From NCBI RefSeq assembly GCF_036971445.1, contig NC_091478.1:10540001-10604000 (forward strand): a stretch of 64,000 nucleotides of DNA, read 5' to 3'. The stretch comes from Narcine bancroftii. Taxonomy: Eukaryota. A program made the position numbers and the translations under genes. The notes below the pieces were generated by a model. It had not been told where the DNA came from. It made no database searches and worked only from the letters and a program-made list of their open reading frames with translations. Shown piece after piece: positions 40,601 through 53,302 of the stretch (position 1 is its first letter; each line of letters starts with the position of its first letter).

Positions 40601-41000
40601 ATGAAAGAGTTAGCATATGAGGAACCTTTGTCATTTTTTGGATTGTTCTCATTGGAGTATAGAAGGATGAGGGGGGACCTCATAGCATGTCAAATGCTGA
40701 AAGACCTGGACAGAGTAGATGTGGCAAGGATATTTCCCATGGGAGGGGAGTCTTGGTCAAGAGGGCACAATTTTGGGATAGAAGAGCGTCAATTTATAAC
40801 AGAGATGCAGAAACATTTCTTTAGTCAGAGGGTCATGCAGCTTTGGAAGTGAGGTCTTTGGATGTATTTGATTAGTCAGGACATCAGGGGTTGTGGGTAG
40901 AAAGCCAGGGAATGGTGCTGAGTGGGAGGATGGTTCAGCTCATGATTAAAATGGCAGAGCCAATAGCCATACCTCTGCTCCTCTATCTTGTGATATTGTG
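37695..41000 (+). mobile_element. Large degenerate CR1 LINE ORF2 with nested insertions (about 38280-39110 GC-rich element; SINE at 40170-40425 on -)
   Basis: DGFLEQLVDEPTR..AVLD.VL.NEP (endonuclease end), RT motifs, then ERVQRRFTR...FSLE.RRMRGDLI. Confidence 0.85.
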
Positions 41001-41848
41001 AGGTTGAAGGGGGACTTATTCAGCTCTATAAAATGATGTGAAGGGGCATAGATTAGGTTAATAGTGACAGTTTGTAAAAACACAATGCTGGAGAAACTCA
41101 GCAGGTCAAACAGTGTACTTTATAGAGCAAAGATAAAGGTAGTGATAATCTGTTTCTTAGAGAAGGATAATCTAAGATGAGAGAGTGTAACTATAAGGTG
41201 AAGATAGATTTTAGAAAGGACATGAGGGACTAGTTCTTCACTCAGAGGGTGGTAGGCATATGGAACAAACAGCCAGATAAAGACGCAAATACTTGCTTCC
41301 TTAAGAAACACTTTGAATAATTAGATGGATGGGAGGAGCTCGCAGGGGTGAGGGCCTAATGTGGAGAAGTAGGAGCAAAGCACGAGGGCATATTGTTTGG
41401 ATGAGTTGGGCCTGTTTCCATGCTGTAATTCTCTATCACTCTAATCGTGCGTGTAATCACAGTATTAAAAATCATAAAGTGTATAAATGGAGATGAATAT
41501 AAAATGTTGTCATAAGTTACTGGTAAAGATTTCAGAATACCACGTAATTTATAATATGTTATTTATTCAGTCCTTGGAAGTCACAACTTGTTTGGCATGA
41601 ACATAATTTTTATAAAATAGCAGATTCCTTATCTTTCCTTGAAGAATACCTTCACATTAAAAAATATACATTTTTTCAATTTGTGTTTTTAATGGTTTAT
41701 GTAGAAAAATACGTATTCGGTGGAAATTCACTATCTAAGTTGAGTGATATTTGCTTTGTAAATGTTTATTGCCAAACACTGACTCCTTTATGTGAAATTG
41801 CAGAGGGTTTTTGAATTTTTCTCACTTTTCTGAATGTATTACTATTAG

Positions 41849-42031
41849 CGGGATCTGAAATTGATCAGAATGGAATCCATCATGCTTCAGTTGAAGTTTC
41901 ACTGGATGACGGCTCAGGGGTCATTAATGATGGGCTGGAAAGGACATACGATGGAAAACTGAAGTGCCGCTACTGTAACTATGCTAGCAAAGGGACTGCA
42001 CGACTGACTGAACATATCAGAATGCACACAG
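41849..42031 (+). CDS. IKZF5: IKZF5 copy B, coding exon 2 (ZF1: CRYCNYASKGTARLTEHIRMH)
   Basis: Acceptor attag|CG and donor ACAG|gtaaa give 183 nt, phase 1-1; homologous to 8108-8290. Confidence 0.95.
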
Positions 42032-43689
42032 GTAAATGCTGTATGCTATTGATTGATACAGGATCTGCAATAGAAAAACATGATCAGATTTGCCAAAAGG
42101 ACCAGTACTGTGAAAATATAGCAAATGACAGACATTCCACAGTAAAATACAAGGATTTTGAATTCTTAGTATCTTGTATAATTCTGAATTATTAATATGA
42201 AATGATTTTGAGTCTTTTCATCCTAATGAGATCGCAACAGTGGTGGTGGGTTGTACATGAAGAGAAAATGTAATTGCAACAGTTAAATCCTAAATGAGAT
42301 TAATGTGAACTATTTAAATAGATCTCTGGACTTCCAATACCATCAAGTTTCATGTCCAGCATGAGGAGGGTGGTGTGTAAGCTATTTACTTAACAAAAAT
42401 TTGAAGGCTCCTTCCATTCAAAATATTAAAGAACTGCAATTAGATTGTATTTTCTGTAAGTTGATAGTTGATTTTATTAGTTAAGTGAGTGTTAATAACC
42501 TTTGTATGATCATTTGCTGGTTGGCAATGTAAGGGAGAGAAATTGACTTCAACAAATATATTTTTTCTAACATATCGGGAGTCCTTCTATAATTTTGTGC
42601 GGGTTGTCTATCAATTTATCTATTTATTCATTTGTTTCATTTCACACTGCTGGCTCAATGACATCTTGTTTCACCAGTTCATTCTCCTCTTTCAGGCAAG
42701 ACGTTCATTCCATGAACAAAACTATCACAATTCTCTACATCAGTTTGATTTATTTTAATGAGTACCAATGGGAGTCTCCATGTTTAAAGTAAAAAGGGCC
42801 AGGTATATCAAAAAAGCTAGTAAGGATTAAAGTGTAAAATATCATTGGTAACATCCAGCTGAGACAACTGTAGCACAATATGTAGTGCTCCTCTAGTGTG
42901 TCGGATGCTGTAAAACCAGCCAATAACAGCGACAGCTTTCATTTTTAATTACTTGAGGAATTTTTGAGCACCTCAGCGTCAAATTGTACCCGATGTTCAA
43001 TCCTGAAAACGTTATTCACTTTATTTTACAACATTATTATTTCTATTTGATTTTTGACCCACGTTTCTTCCTTAACACTTTTAAAAGCTAAAATCGGTGT
43101 CTGGCAACCTGACTATTCAACTGAAAATATAAACAAAAGTACTGCATTTGCTAGAAATCTGAAAAAACACTGAAAATACTACCATTGCTCAGCAGGTCAG
43201 GCAGCATCTGATAAGAGAAACAGAGTTAACATTCCATGTCCAAGATCTTTCATCAACTCTTAACTCCTTTGGTTTCCACAGATCTGCTTGACCTGATGAG
43301 TATCATCAGAAAAGGGCTGGAAATAATGTTAACACTTGATTGCAGCATAATTTATCTGTTAACTGAACTTTCAGCCTTTAATTGGTGAGGTTGAGTGATA
43401 CAAATCCATTGGAAACTCATTCATCACCCATGTGGGAGAAAGTTAATCACTCTGCAATTGACAAACATGAAATGTACAAATCCACACTGAGGAAAGAAAG
43501 AAGAGTACAACTATTCTGTCTTGTTAAAATTGCAACCATGCTGCTTGTTAATTGACAACCAAATAGCAATTTTAACAATAATCTAAGAGTTCCATGGATC
43601 CTTCAACACAGCTGAAGGACACGATTCTAGAAAAAAAATGCAAAGAGGGATAAAATGGCAAGGTTGTTGATCTATTCTTTCTGATACAG

Positions 43690-44627
43690 GTGAGAAGCCC
43701 CACAGATGTCACCTATGCCCGTTTGCTTCAGCGTATGAGCGTCACCTCGAAGCACACATGCGCTCACACACAGGTGAAAAACCATACAAATGTGAGCTAT
43801 GCTCTTTCTGCTGCAGTGATCGAAGCAATTTGTCCCATCACCGTAGACGTAGGCACAAACTTCTCCCCTTGAAAAATGCTAGGACCTGCCTAACCAATAA
43901 GAAAATGTTGGGAGTTTTACAGAAAAAAACTAGCAACTCCCTGAATTATGGCACAAGACTTCTGATTAATCTAAGTCCTCCTTCCATGGTGGTACAGAAG
44001 CCAGATTACCTCAGTGACTTTTCTCATGATGTTTCAGCCAACTCCTGTGAGAATTTGCGAAAGTTGCAGTCTGGTGGGATTTCGAGGGATACTCAAGATC
44101 CCTGTATTATAGTAGATAATCCATTAAACCAGCTTTCTACTTTAGCAGGCCAATTATCCAGCCTTCCACCTGAAAATCAAGCTCCAGCATCTCCTGAGGA
44201 TGTAGCCTGCCGAGATGAAAAACCATACGTGATCTCACAATCTGCGGCACCAGTCGTTTCCACGGTAGCTTCCAGTGTGGCCCAAAGCTCATCCCCTATC
44301 AGTCCCGATGCATGCCCCATGCACAGTCAGCAGAATTTCAGTCCTGTAGCTGGCCCCAGTAGTGAGCACAGTGTCCACACAAGCACGCCCAGCACGACGA
44401 ACAGCCAACCTAGCACCCCTGCTCCTCCAATTCAAATTCAGGATCCCCAGCTACTTCATCATTGTCAACACTGTGACATGTATTTTGCAGACAATATCCT
44501 TTATACTATTCATATGGGGTGTCATGGCTACAAGAATCCTTTTCAGTGCAATATCTGTGGGTGCAAATGTAAAAACAAATATGATTTCGCTTGTCATTTT
44601 GCTCGAGGTCAACACAAGCAAAACTAA
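43690..44627 (+). CDS. IKZF5: IKZF5 copy B, last coding exon; spliced CDS 1254 nt, 417 aa
   Basis: Acceptor tacag|GT, then an intact ORF with ZF2-ZF5 ending at TAA 44625-44627. Confidence 0.97.
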
Positions 44628-46159
44628 CACCAAAGGGATGGACATTTAAAGAATGTTGGTTCATATTGAAAATATTAAATGTATTAAGAGGGATTCATTT
44701 GTCTTATTTTTCCTTTTTGCGTACTCTTGTATATTTTCCTTACAGAGTCTTCAGAAGTAGGCATGAACAAGGTTCAGTCTACTTCAAAGTAACACCTGAT
44801 ACAGCATCACTTAATACTATTTCACAGCACTAGAAAGTTGCAAATTTCAGCCAAAGGATCATTCTTGTTAATGTGTTGCTTGCATTGTGCAAGTTTGTCA
44901 CGTACTTGCAGAGGACTGGTTTTTATATGTGAACCTGTTCAGAATGCGGAGAGAAAATTGAGAATGCACAAGAAACTGATACCTTTCAATTTCTTTCTGC
45001 CCCAGGGCGTTTGCTCGATCAATGTTCCACTGTTTGTTAAAATAACGATGAGATAACTGTAAATTTTGAATGTTCTTTCATATACTGATTATTTTCTTTT
45101 GCATTAAAATGTTGAGATTAAAATAAGATGTCCGTTTAAAGACCTAGTCAATGTTTTTGTTTTAAAGTAGATAGTACAGTCAAAGCTGAAACATGCATTA
45201 TTTCAAATGCATCATAAAACGGTTTCTTAACAATCTGGCTTGTATTAACATTATTCAATAGTGGTAGCATTGCATTGCAAAATACAGTATAAATAGTAGA
45301 GCCAATTAAACCAAGCAGTAAACCTCTAAACTTTGGCATGTATGTTAATTGTGGTCTGTGGAAATATTGCTTCATCAATCTAAAAAAAAACAAGGTTCAA
45401 TGTTCAAAAAAATTATGCAGAGAAGCAAATAAATAAAGATGCTTTTTCCCCAAAATTTCTATATATACCAGTATTAATAAGCCCTGCCCATATTTTGTAG
45501 GGGACATCATCAGTCCATGACAAATTTGCAGCAAAACTATTCAAATTATTGCTTGTGTTAGGTCTGTCTGGCACGTGATTCAAGATAATGCACAGATCAA
45601 TAACATTAATTATGCAATTGGCACGTTCATAGTTATAAGTAACAATTATAACCATATAACTGTTTAAGGCATGAAAACAGGCCATATCGGCCCTTCAAGT
45701 CCACGCCGGTTCACTTGAACAATGCAACAGATTCACTTCTTCCTGTAAAGTGGAAAATCTTAATGAAGTTAATTCTCAGAAATTGTTAGTTCCATTAGAG
45801 GTTTGTTATTTAAATGTTTTAATTAGCTTTTATAGTTTTTACAGTTTCTTGCTGCATTCATTTTATAACATTCAGCTTGTGAAGTGAATCTGTAAGATGT
45901 CATCAATCATATAGACAAATATCCCATCCTGAACATTTACAAGACAGCTCATTCTCCAAGCTTAAATGGTTCGCCTGTTCTTAGGACCAGCACTTTCTTG
46001 TCCTTGTGGACATTTCTTATACACCAGCACTAGATCATCCCTAAAAAATGGCATCCTTTGGTGCTTATTTCTCATTCACAGCATTCTCTATGCATATTTT
46101 TACTCCTAGCACTGAAAATCCTATTAATTATCTGCCTACAATTCTTTCCATGTATCCTT

Positions 46160-46875
46160 CACTCTATTGGTAGCCCAATTTCCGGTGTGATCATTTACAA
46201 CCTCTCTGCCCTGGCCCCCACTGCCCCCAGCAAGGACATGTTTCCCCTTGACCTCACCTACCACTCCACCATCCAACTTAATCACCTCTAATTTCCCTCA
46301 CCTACAACATGATCCCATCACCACACACATCTTTCCCTCTCCCCTCTCTGCCTTCCATAGGGACCATGACTCTCTCATCCACTTATCCCTTGCCACTAAT
46401 CGACCCCTTGGTACCCATTGTGGCCTCTACATCAGAGAGACTGGATGGAGAGTGGTAGATCATTTCGCTGAGCACCTTCACTCTGTCCGCAGCTATGGCG
46501 GAGATCTCCCAGAGTCCAACCATTTACGTCACTCCCACGCCAACATGCCTTGTGCCTTGCTAAATCAAGGCCACCCATAAACTGGAGGAGCAACACTCCT
46601 TCTGGGCACTCTCCAACCATTAACCAACTTTCCTGGCTTTTTTTTAGGCCGCTCCCCTGTCTCCCTCTCTTCTCCATTCCTTTGTCTCCTTCAGTTCTCT
46701 CCTCCCTTCCCCATCACTTTCCATCTTTTTTTTTTCTTGTGCCCTCCCCATATTTACCTATGTCCTCTGGGCCTGAGCTCCTCCCTCTGCCCTTCTCCCC
46801 ACCATTTTATTCCGGCACCTGCCTGCATTATGCTCATACCTTCATGAAGTACTCAGGCCTGAAATTATAGTTATG
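46160..46875 (+). mobile_element. Penelope-like retroelement 3' fragment
   Basis: F.HLQHDP.T.HIFPSP...CGLYIRETG..V.DHFAEHL is a degenerate GIY-YIG motif, followed by a pyrimidine-rich tail. Confidence 0.7.
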
Positions 46876-49800
46876 TACACTTTCACAACTTTCCATTAGT
46901 AGAACATTACAGACACTCCAAGAAAACACAAATAGTTTTTGCACTACTTTTTAGCCCTTATTCCAAAATTATGATGGACTAGGTAGAATCATGTCACAAA
47001 ATTGTACTCAATTTTGAATTTTTTTTAGATATTAGTAGTATACATTTTTATCTAAAATTTGCATCAGGAATTCCTCTCCATTGCATGATTTGATTGTTAG
47101 ATATATTAGTGAATATTGCATAAATGGTTTAAAGATATACAATTTAAAGAAGCAATCAGATTGCTTTATTACTCTCATTCAAAGATGATGGCTGATTCAA
47201 ATAAGTATGACAATGTATAACATACAATATTCTTTACTTTTGTATTTAAAAATACTATGAGTTATTAGTTTGGAATACTCGAAAGCACTTTTTATATTTG
47301 ACCAGAGCTTACAGTAGATGCATAGATCACATTTTGTTTGTTGATTCATGCTCCAGTAACTGAGACCATGGTAAATGTATAATAATGTGACTCCTGCTAA
47401 TCAACAGCTGGGTTAAGTTTGGCTCCTGAAACATCATAAACCCAGCAAACTGTGTTCTTCATATTTGCACTTCTGAGGATCTGGTTGCGGTTGGGCATCC
47501 ACTTTCACACCCAGCAGAAATGATTGAATTAGTTAGTTAGCAACTTTTGAATGAAAGTGTATGTGTCCTCATTGCCACAAGCTAGAAACGATGCTTTAAA
47601 AGGTCATTTTTAATCGTAGCTCAACTAGTGAACATCAGTTATTGCCTATGTTTTTAAAAAAAAGATCTTTGCAAGCCGCACATCGTAACACAGTAACAGT
47701 GTACTGGTGATACTAAGTTAAATAGATTGTCTCCATTGAGGAGGCATACCACCAAAGGAAACTAAAGTTATACACCTTTTGTGCCTTCAGGCTGAAAGTT
47801 GATCACACCTAATCAATTTCTTATTTTGAAATAGCATGGTTTTTAATGCATTTGGTTAGTATTTAGCACAAAATGGTAACAGTCATAAAACAATTGGGGT
47901 TTCTTCCAGTTACCATATGTAAATATGAAATGGGTTTGGCTTTCTGCCTGTTGCTTTTTGTTTATTGGTTTTACTTTGAGATTAACAAATAAATTATTGG
48001 TAATATTAGTCATTTGCAAATGGGCTTCAGTTACTCATCAAATTCAATTCTTCGGATGAGCATATTGTCTTGTGATATGAAATTTCAACAAGCATAAACT
48101 TCAGTCTTGTTTTAAAGAATTAATAACCAGAGGTGCCTATTGAATATATTAATAATATAAGAATATCATTGTTACTTTCAGGCTTTCAATTATTAAATTT
48201 GGATATTTTTTAAACTTTGGTTTAAGAAAATATCTATCCTACTATAATGCATCCACACAATTGTTTTAAATATAAATGCACAATGGCTGAGTTGAGTTGC
48301 ATAACATTTGTAATTTTGATGATGGAATATTGGATTTATTAAAGTTGTGTCACTGACCTCACAGGATAATTGAAGATGTATTACACCTTGGCTCGGTTTA
48401 CAATCTGAATCGGAATATCGAGAGCTCAGCCCCCCCCCCCCAGGTAGTTAGTGCATAATGTAGTGCGAGGGGTGGATTCCTGTGGCCTTGTCTTTTTGGT
48501 AGGGATTAAATTTAGTAATATTATCGAAGAATGTTTTCTAGTTGTACTCTTTTGTATGGAACATAGTTGTTGCCTTGTCGTCCTAGTGCTTAACGACAAG
48601 TTACAAATCAAACAATAGTTCTCCTTTCTTAATGCTAATCCTTTTTGTTTCTGTTCCACGAGTCACTCGTGTTTAATGGTAACTTTAATATTGAACAAAA
48701 TGCAAAGAAATGTTCCCATTAACAGTAGATCCAAAAATAAGAACATTGACAAAAGAACCAAAATTGACATGAAAAACTTCACCAGTATCGCATGCTTAAT
48801 AACTTGTAGTAGTAAGTGCATATACATTTATGATATTCAGAATGGGACTAAATACTGGAAAGAGCTGGGTTTGGGAAGAAGACAATTGAGTGGAATGAGG
48901 TGCATTGGCTCAATTAATTATTTTCTCTCCAAAGCTTGAGAACAGTTGCAACTAGACTATGCTGGTTGAAGTCACCAAAACAACAGCTTGCCTCCTCTAA
49001 CACTTTTCAGTGAAGCAAAATCTTCCATGGAGTTTCATAAAAGCATTGTAAAATATCATTTGACACCTAAGTCAGATAATGGGGATGACTTTAGGAACTG
49101 TCTGACAGGAGATGGAGAAACTGAGAAGTTTAGAAAAGAAACTAGACCTGCGAGCTGAAATAGTTAAAGACATGGTCATCGGTGATGTCTTGAAGGATGT
49201 TGAAGATAAACAAAGAGCTAGAAACGGAGGCTTGCTTTTGATAATGAGAATTTATATAAAAAAAAGGAAGAACGAAAGCATAGATAAATTAGAGCTTGCA
49301 GGATAAGATTTTTGAGTTGATGCCTTACCCCATTAAAATTCCACACAGATCAATGAATAGAGGGATGTTGGGTAATCAGGATTTTGTGTAGGGGATTTGG
49401 GTAACAAAATTTAGATTTGCTGATTGAAATAACTGAGGATGCATATCAAAATTGATTGTATGAACAAGCTACATTGTATCTGAGGCCACTCATTTTCAAT
49501 TTTTCAACAAATCTAGATGTATCTTTAAATGGACTTTGAGTTACTTCATTGCATTCATTAAAATTAGGCTAAATTATGTACAATTACACAATGTAGTTTC
49601 CAAAATGCCTCAATTTCTGGTATCATGTGTAATATGTATTGATTTGGTCACCAAATAAAATTCAATGAGGAAATGGTATGTCATTTGGTTTGACATACCA
49701 TTGTGAGATTTGGCATGATGGCAGTGGATTTTAGTTCTCAGCTATGTGCAAAATATTAGGAGTTCAACCAAATCTTTGCATTAGCGATTATCCCAAGATT

Positions 49801-52199
49801 CTTCAACATCATTCCCAACTGTTTCTCATCAAATAAATTCCAGTATTCCATCATTAATTTATCATTTGTAATTTTTATAAATCTCTCTTAATGTGCCGGT
49901 GGATACCACTGAGCACTTTAAGTTGATCATGAGGACTTTGAATAAAGAGGTGGCTTTAATTTTGGCTTGATTTTTCCAAGCCTTTTTGAAAGATGATGCT
50001 TTGTCATGTTTTATATTCCAGATTTTATTTGGTTCATTTTATATACTATTATAATAGATGTTTTGTTATATTTGGTAATGAATGCAAAATGTGAGTATCA
50101 TCTGTTTGAATTGTGTTGTCCTTTCAGCAATGCTGTTGGTATATTCATACACACATTAATAAATGCATATAAATTTAATTAACAATAAGTGCTGTAAAAA
50201 ATGTGAATAAACTGTTGTGATTAAATTGCTATTTAAAAAAATATTGCTAACATTGGTACTTGTGCTTGATAGAAAAAAAACTAGTAAGTGTTGAAACTAT
50301 CTTAAAGGTTTATATTTTAATAAAAATCTACCTTATAAAAGTCATTCCTTTAACATTTCATGTGAGATCACCTAACTTGATCTACAAACAAGTGGTTGTG
50401 ATGGAATGCACCGTTTGCTGGCATCAGCAGTTCAAATATTTTTCCTGTTTTTGAATTGAATTGTGTAAAATAAAAGACTTAACCAATTCTGTCTTTGAGT
50501 TTCATTTTCTGTAATGTTTTGTTGTTTATCTCATTAATTGTAACCAGAGACCATGCTGTATGTGAAATAAAGATAAAACTTTACATTTTCTAAAGAAGTC
50601 TTTATTTTGTTTAAAAAATGAACTTTATGAAAGCTCAAACAGAAGAATCTCCTCCAATCATACTTAAGTAAATTTGCTCCCACCAAGCTAAGATATGTAA
50701 CCCATCTACAGGGACTATATTTCTATGGTGCCATCTCTAATTATTTCCTGATTGCTGCATTTGTCTTGAGATGGTTTTACCTTATGCCATCTTCTGTTAC
50801 ATTAGGATTCTTCCTGGATCTGGGAACCGGTAAAATGATTGCTAGAGTTATAACAAAAGTCAAGAGCTGCCAAACCTGAGAATGATAGTCTTTGAACTGA
50901 AATGATGTCCAAGTTGCTAACTCAAGATTCCCAAAGACAGATTAAATTACCTGAAGATTGAAAAACCCTGTATTGACTTCCTGTATCACTATTATACCAG
51001 ATTGTCCAGGCTATTGAATGTTGTTCCATTTAATACTCCTGTGTTTTTTTTTTAGGTCTTGGTGAATAGATTTATAGGTTTTCCAATGAACTTGGTGCGC
51101 TTCAAGAGAACACAGGAACTGGGTAACAGTAAGCTTCAAGGGGACATGGGGACCTGGGCTGTAGTGGTGCCAGATGCAGAATGATTTGTGAACAATTGTA
51201 GAGTAGATTATTAACTACAGTAAAACTCTGATAATGGTGCAAGTTTCATTAATTTTAATGGTTGTTTTGCTGCCTGGAGGGCTCTGATGTACAAAAGCTC
51301 AGAAATGTTATATAATGCAACTATGCTCAGTTACGTTATTTATTGTGATTGTGGAGGATTGATGTCGATCAATCTCTTGAGGAATGAAGATCTCAGTTTT
51401 TCCTTTAGCCAATTCCATTTATTTGATATACTGCACAAGTCTTGGATGGTCTCTCTCCTCCATAGAGGATCGAGAAACTCTGAACATTCAAATGCATTTA
51501 AATTCTCCAACGCTATGTGACATTAACCAATCTCAGAATAGTTATCTCCTAGGCAGCAAGCATTATCCCATCAGCATTAAGCTATGCAATGCCCATCTCC
51601 AATCACTTGGACATGTCCTCCTCCTCTCAGGTGTTTTTACTGTTTTGGTTTCCTTAATGCTTGTAAATCACATGATCCCAGAGAGAAACAGGACTGTTGG
51701 AAATTTATCAGCCAGGCTGTTACCAAGCAAAGCACGTTCCGGAGCCTCTCACTGCCCTTGGTAAGGACTCATGGAAATTCGATTGTTGTTGCCAGGCAAC
51801 ACGTATCCTGGAGCCTCTCACTGTCCTTGGGTATTTGCACTTCTCAGCATAAGTATTAACCAAGTTGTAGTTGATATGAATGTTTTGGTTAGTTAATGTG
51901 TAAACAGTTTGGTTTGCAAATTCTGACATGGTGTTAGTGATGTTATCTCTGATTAGCTAAGAATATTACCTTCTACTAAGGGAATAACCCAATTCCCCAT
52001 TTTTCTCCCAGTGAAATGATGCATTATCATAAAATTGAGCCATCTCCATCTTTTGCTGTGACAGTTTTGATATCAAGTCTTCCTTTATCATGAGATTGGT
52101 GTGAACCTTGTGTTACTTAACTCTGAAGTCTGCTAGACCACAACACTGCGATCATTTCCTTAACAGGAGCCAGTAGACTCGCTCGCTGCAGACCTGGAG

Positions 52200-53300
52200 T
52201 CCTCATCCTTTGATTAGTACTAACCAAATAAGTTCATTTGCAAACTAAGACCCATTATCACTAAAAGCCTGACACACTCCAAATCTTGGAAAGATTTCTT
52301 TCGCATGTACTTCTGCTACTGTTTTGGTGTCTGCATGAACTGTGGGAAATGTTTCAACCCACCTTAAGAACCTATCAATTATTACTAAGGAATAACATTT
52401 TCCTTCTGCATGCTCGATCGTATCTACAGAGTCCAAGACTTGGTGAATATTGGACATAGAGCCTGGTGATGGAGGAATTTTTTTCTTTGCCTTTGTTTCC
52501 TGGCAAATTTGACATCTCAAAATTGTATTCGTGTATTCTGTCAATTGTATGAACCAGTGGTTCCAAATTTTATTCATCATTTGTCCCTTTGTGGAGTGAC
52601 TCACCCCATGAGCTGTTCAGCAAGTTTCCTGTATTAAGTCGCTAGGTGCCACAATTTCTCTCCAGAGGCCTACCAATTTGCCTGAGGTGCACCATTTGGT
52701 TTCCCAATCTTCTTTCTCACTAACTGTTGTGACCTGATGTGCTTCACCTAAATCCTGCAGAGGTACCTCTTCTAGCAATGCTGCTCGATCTGGCCAAGCC
52801 CAGTACTCCTACTAGTTAAAGCTATCAGCTGCATTTTTGCAGCCTTGTCTGCATGGTCATGACCAAGAGACCCTGGATCATTGCTCTGTGTGTGTGTGTG
52901 TGTGTGTGTATGTATCACTGCCAATTCGGATGGTCGTTTCATGGCCTCAAGCAGTTCTCTAATTTCATATTTGTTGCCAACAGGGTTTCGTCCTGCAGAG
53001 AAGAATGTTCTAGCCCGTCTCTACACCAGTTATGGACTACATCCAAACTTGGGCAGAATCACCCTCTGTATTGTTTGCATGCTTCAGCCAATGCTGAGGG
53101 TTTGGCTTGTACCCAATTGCCAGAATTCTGTGCTTTTGATGATTGCATACTCCGGTTTTTCTCACCCCTGTCCCTCAGTCGATAAAGAATGATCCATCCA
53201 CGAACAACACTATCTGAATCTTGCAGCTGGTCTGCAATTGCCTGGCACACATGCTCATCTCCATCGTGACATCATTAGTTCTGTTACACCTCAATAACCC
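52200..53300 (-). mobile_element. Endogenous retrovirus pol fragment (RNase H and integrase), frameshifted
   Basis: RNase H motifs LFVDGS and GHDHADKAAKNAA. Integrase zinc motif HGVSH...CQIC and core YSLVIIDRFLRWVETFPT...KEIFPRFG...SDNGS. Confidence 0.85.
52885..52908. repeat. (TG)n microsatellite
   Basis: Directly visible, inside the ERV fragment. Confidence 0.9.
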
Positions 53301-53302
53301 GG

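Noticed and set aside
5073-44627. Second IKZF5 as a false (haplotypic) duplication or processed pseudogene
   Set aside because: The copies are substantially diverged, both keep introns at the same positions, and both ORFs are intact.
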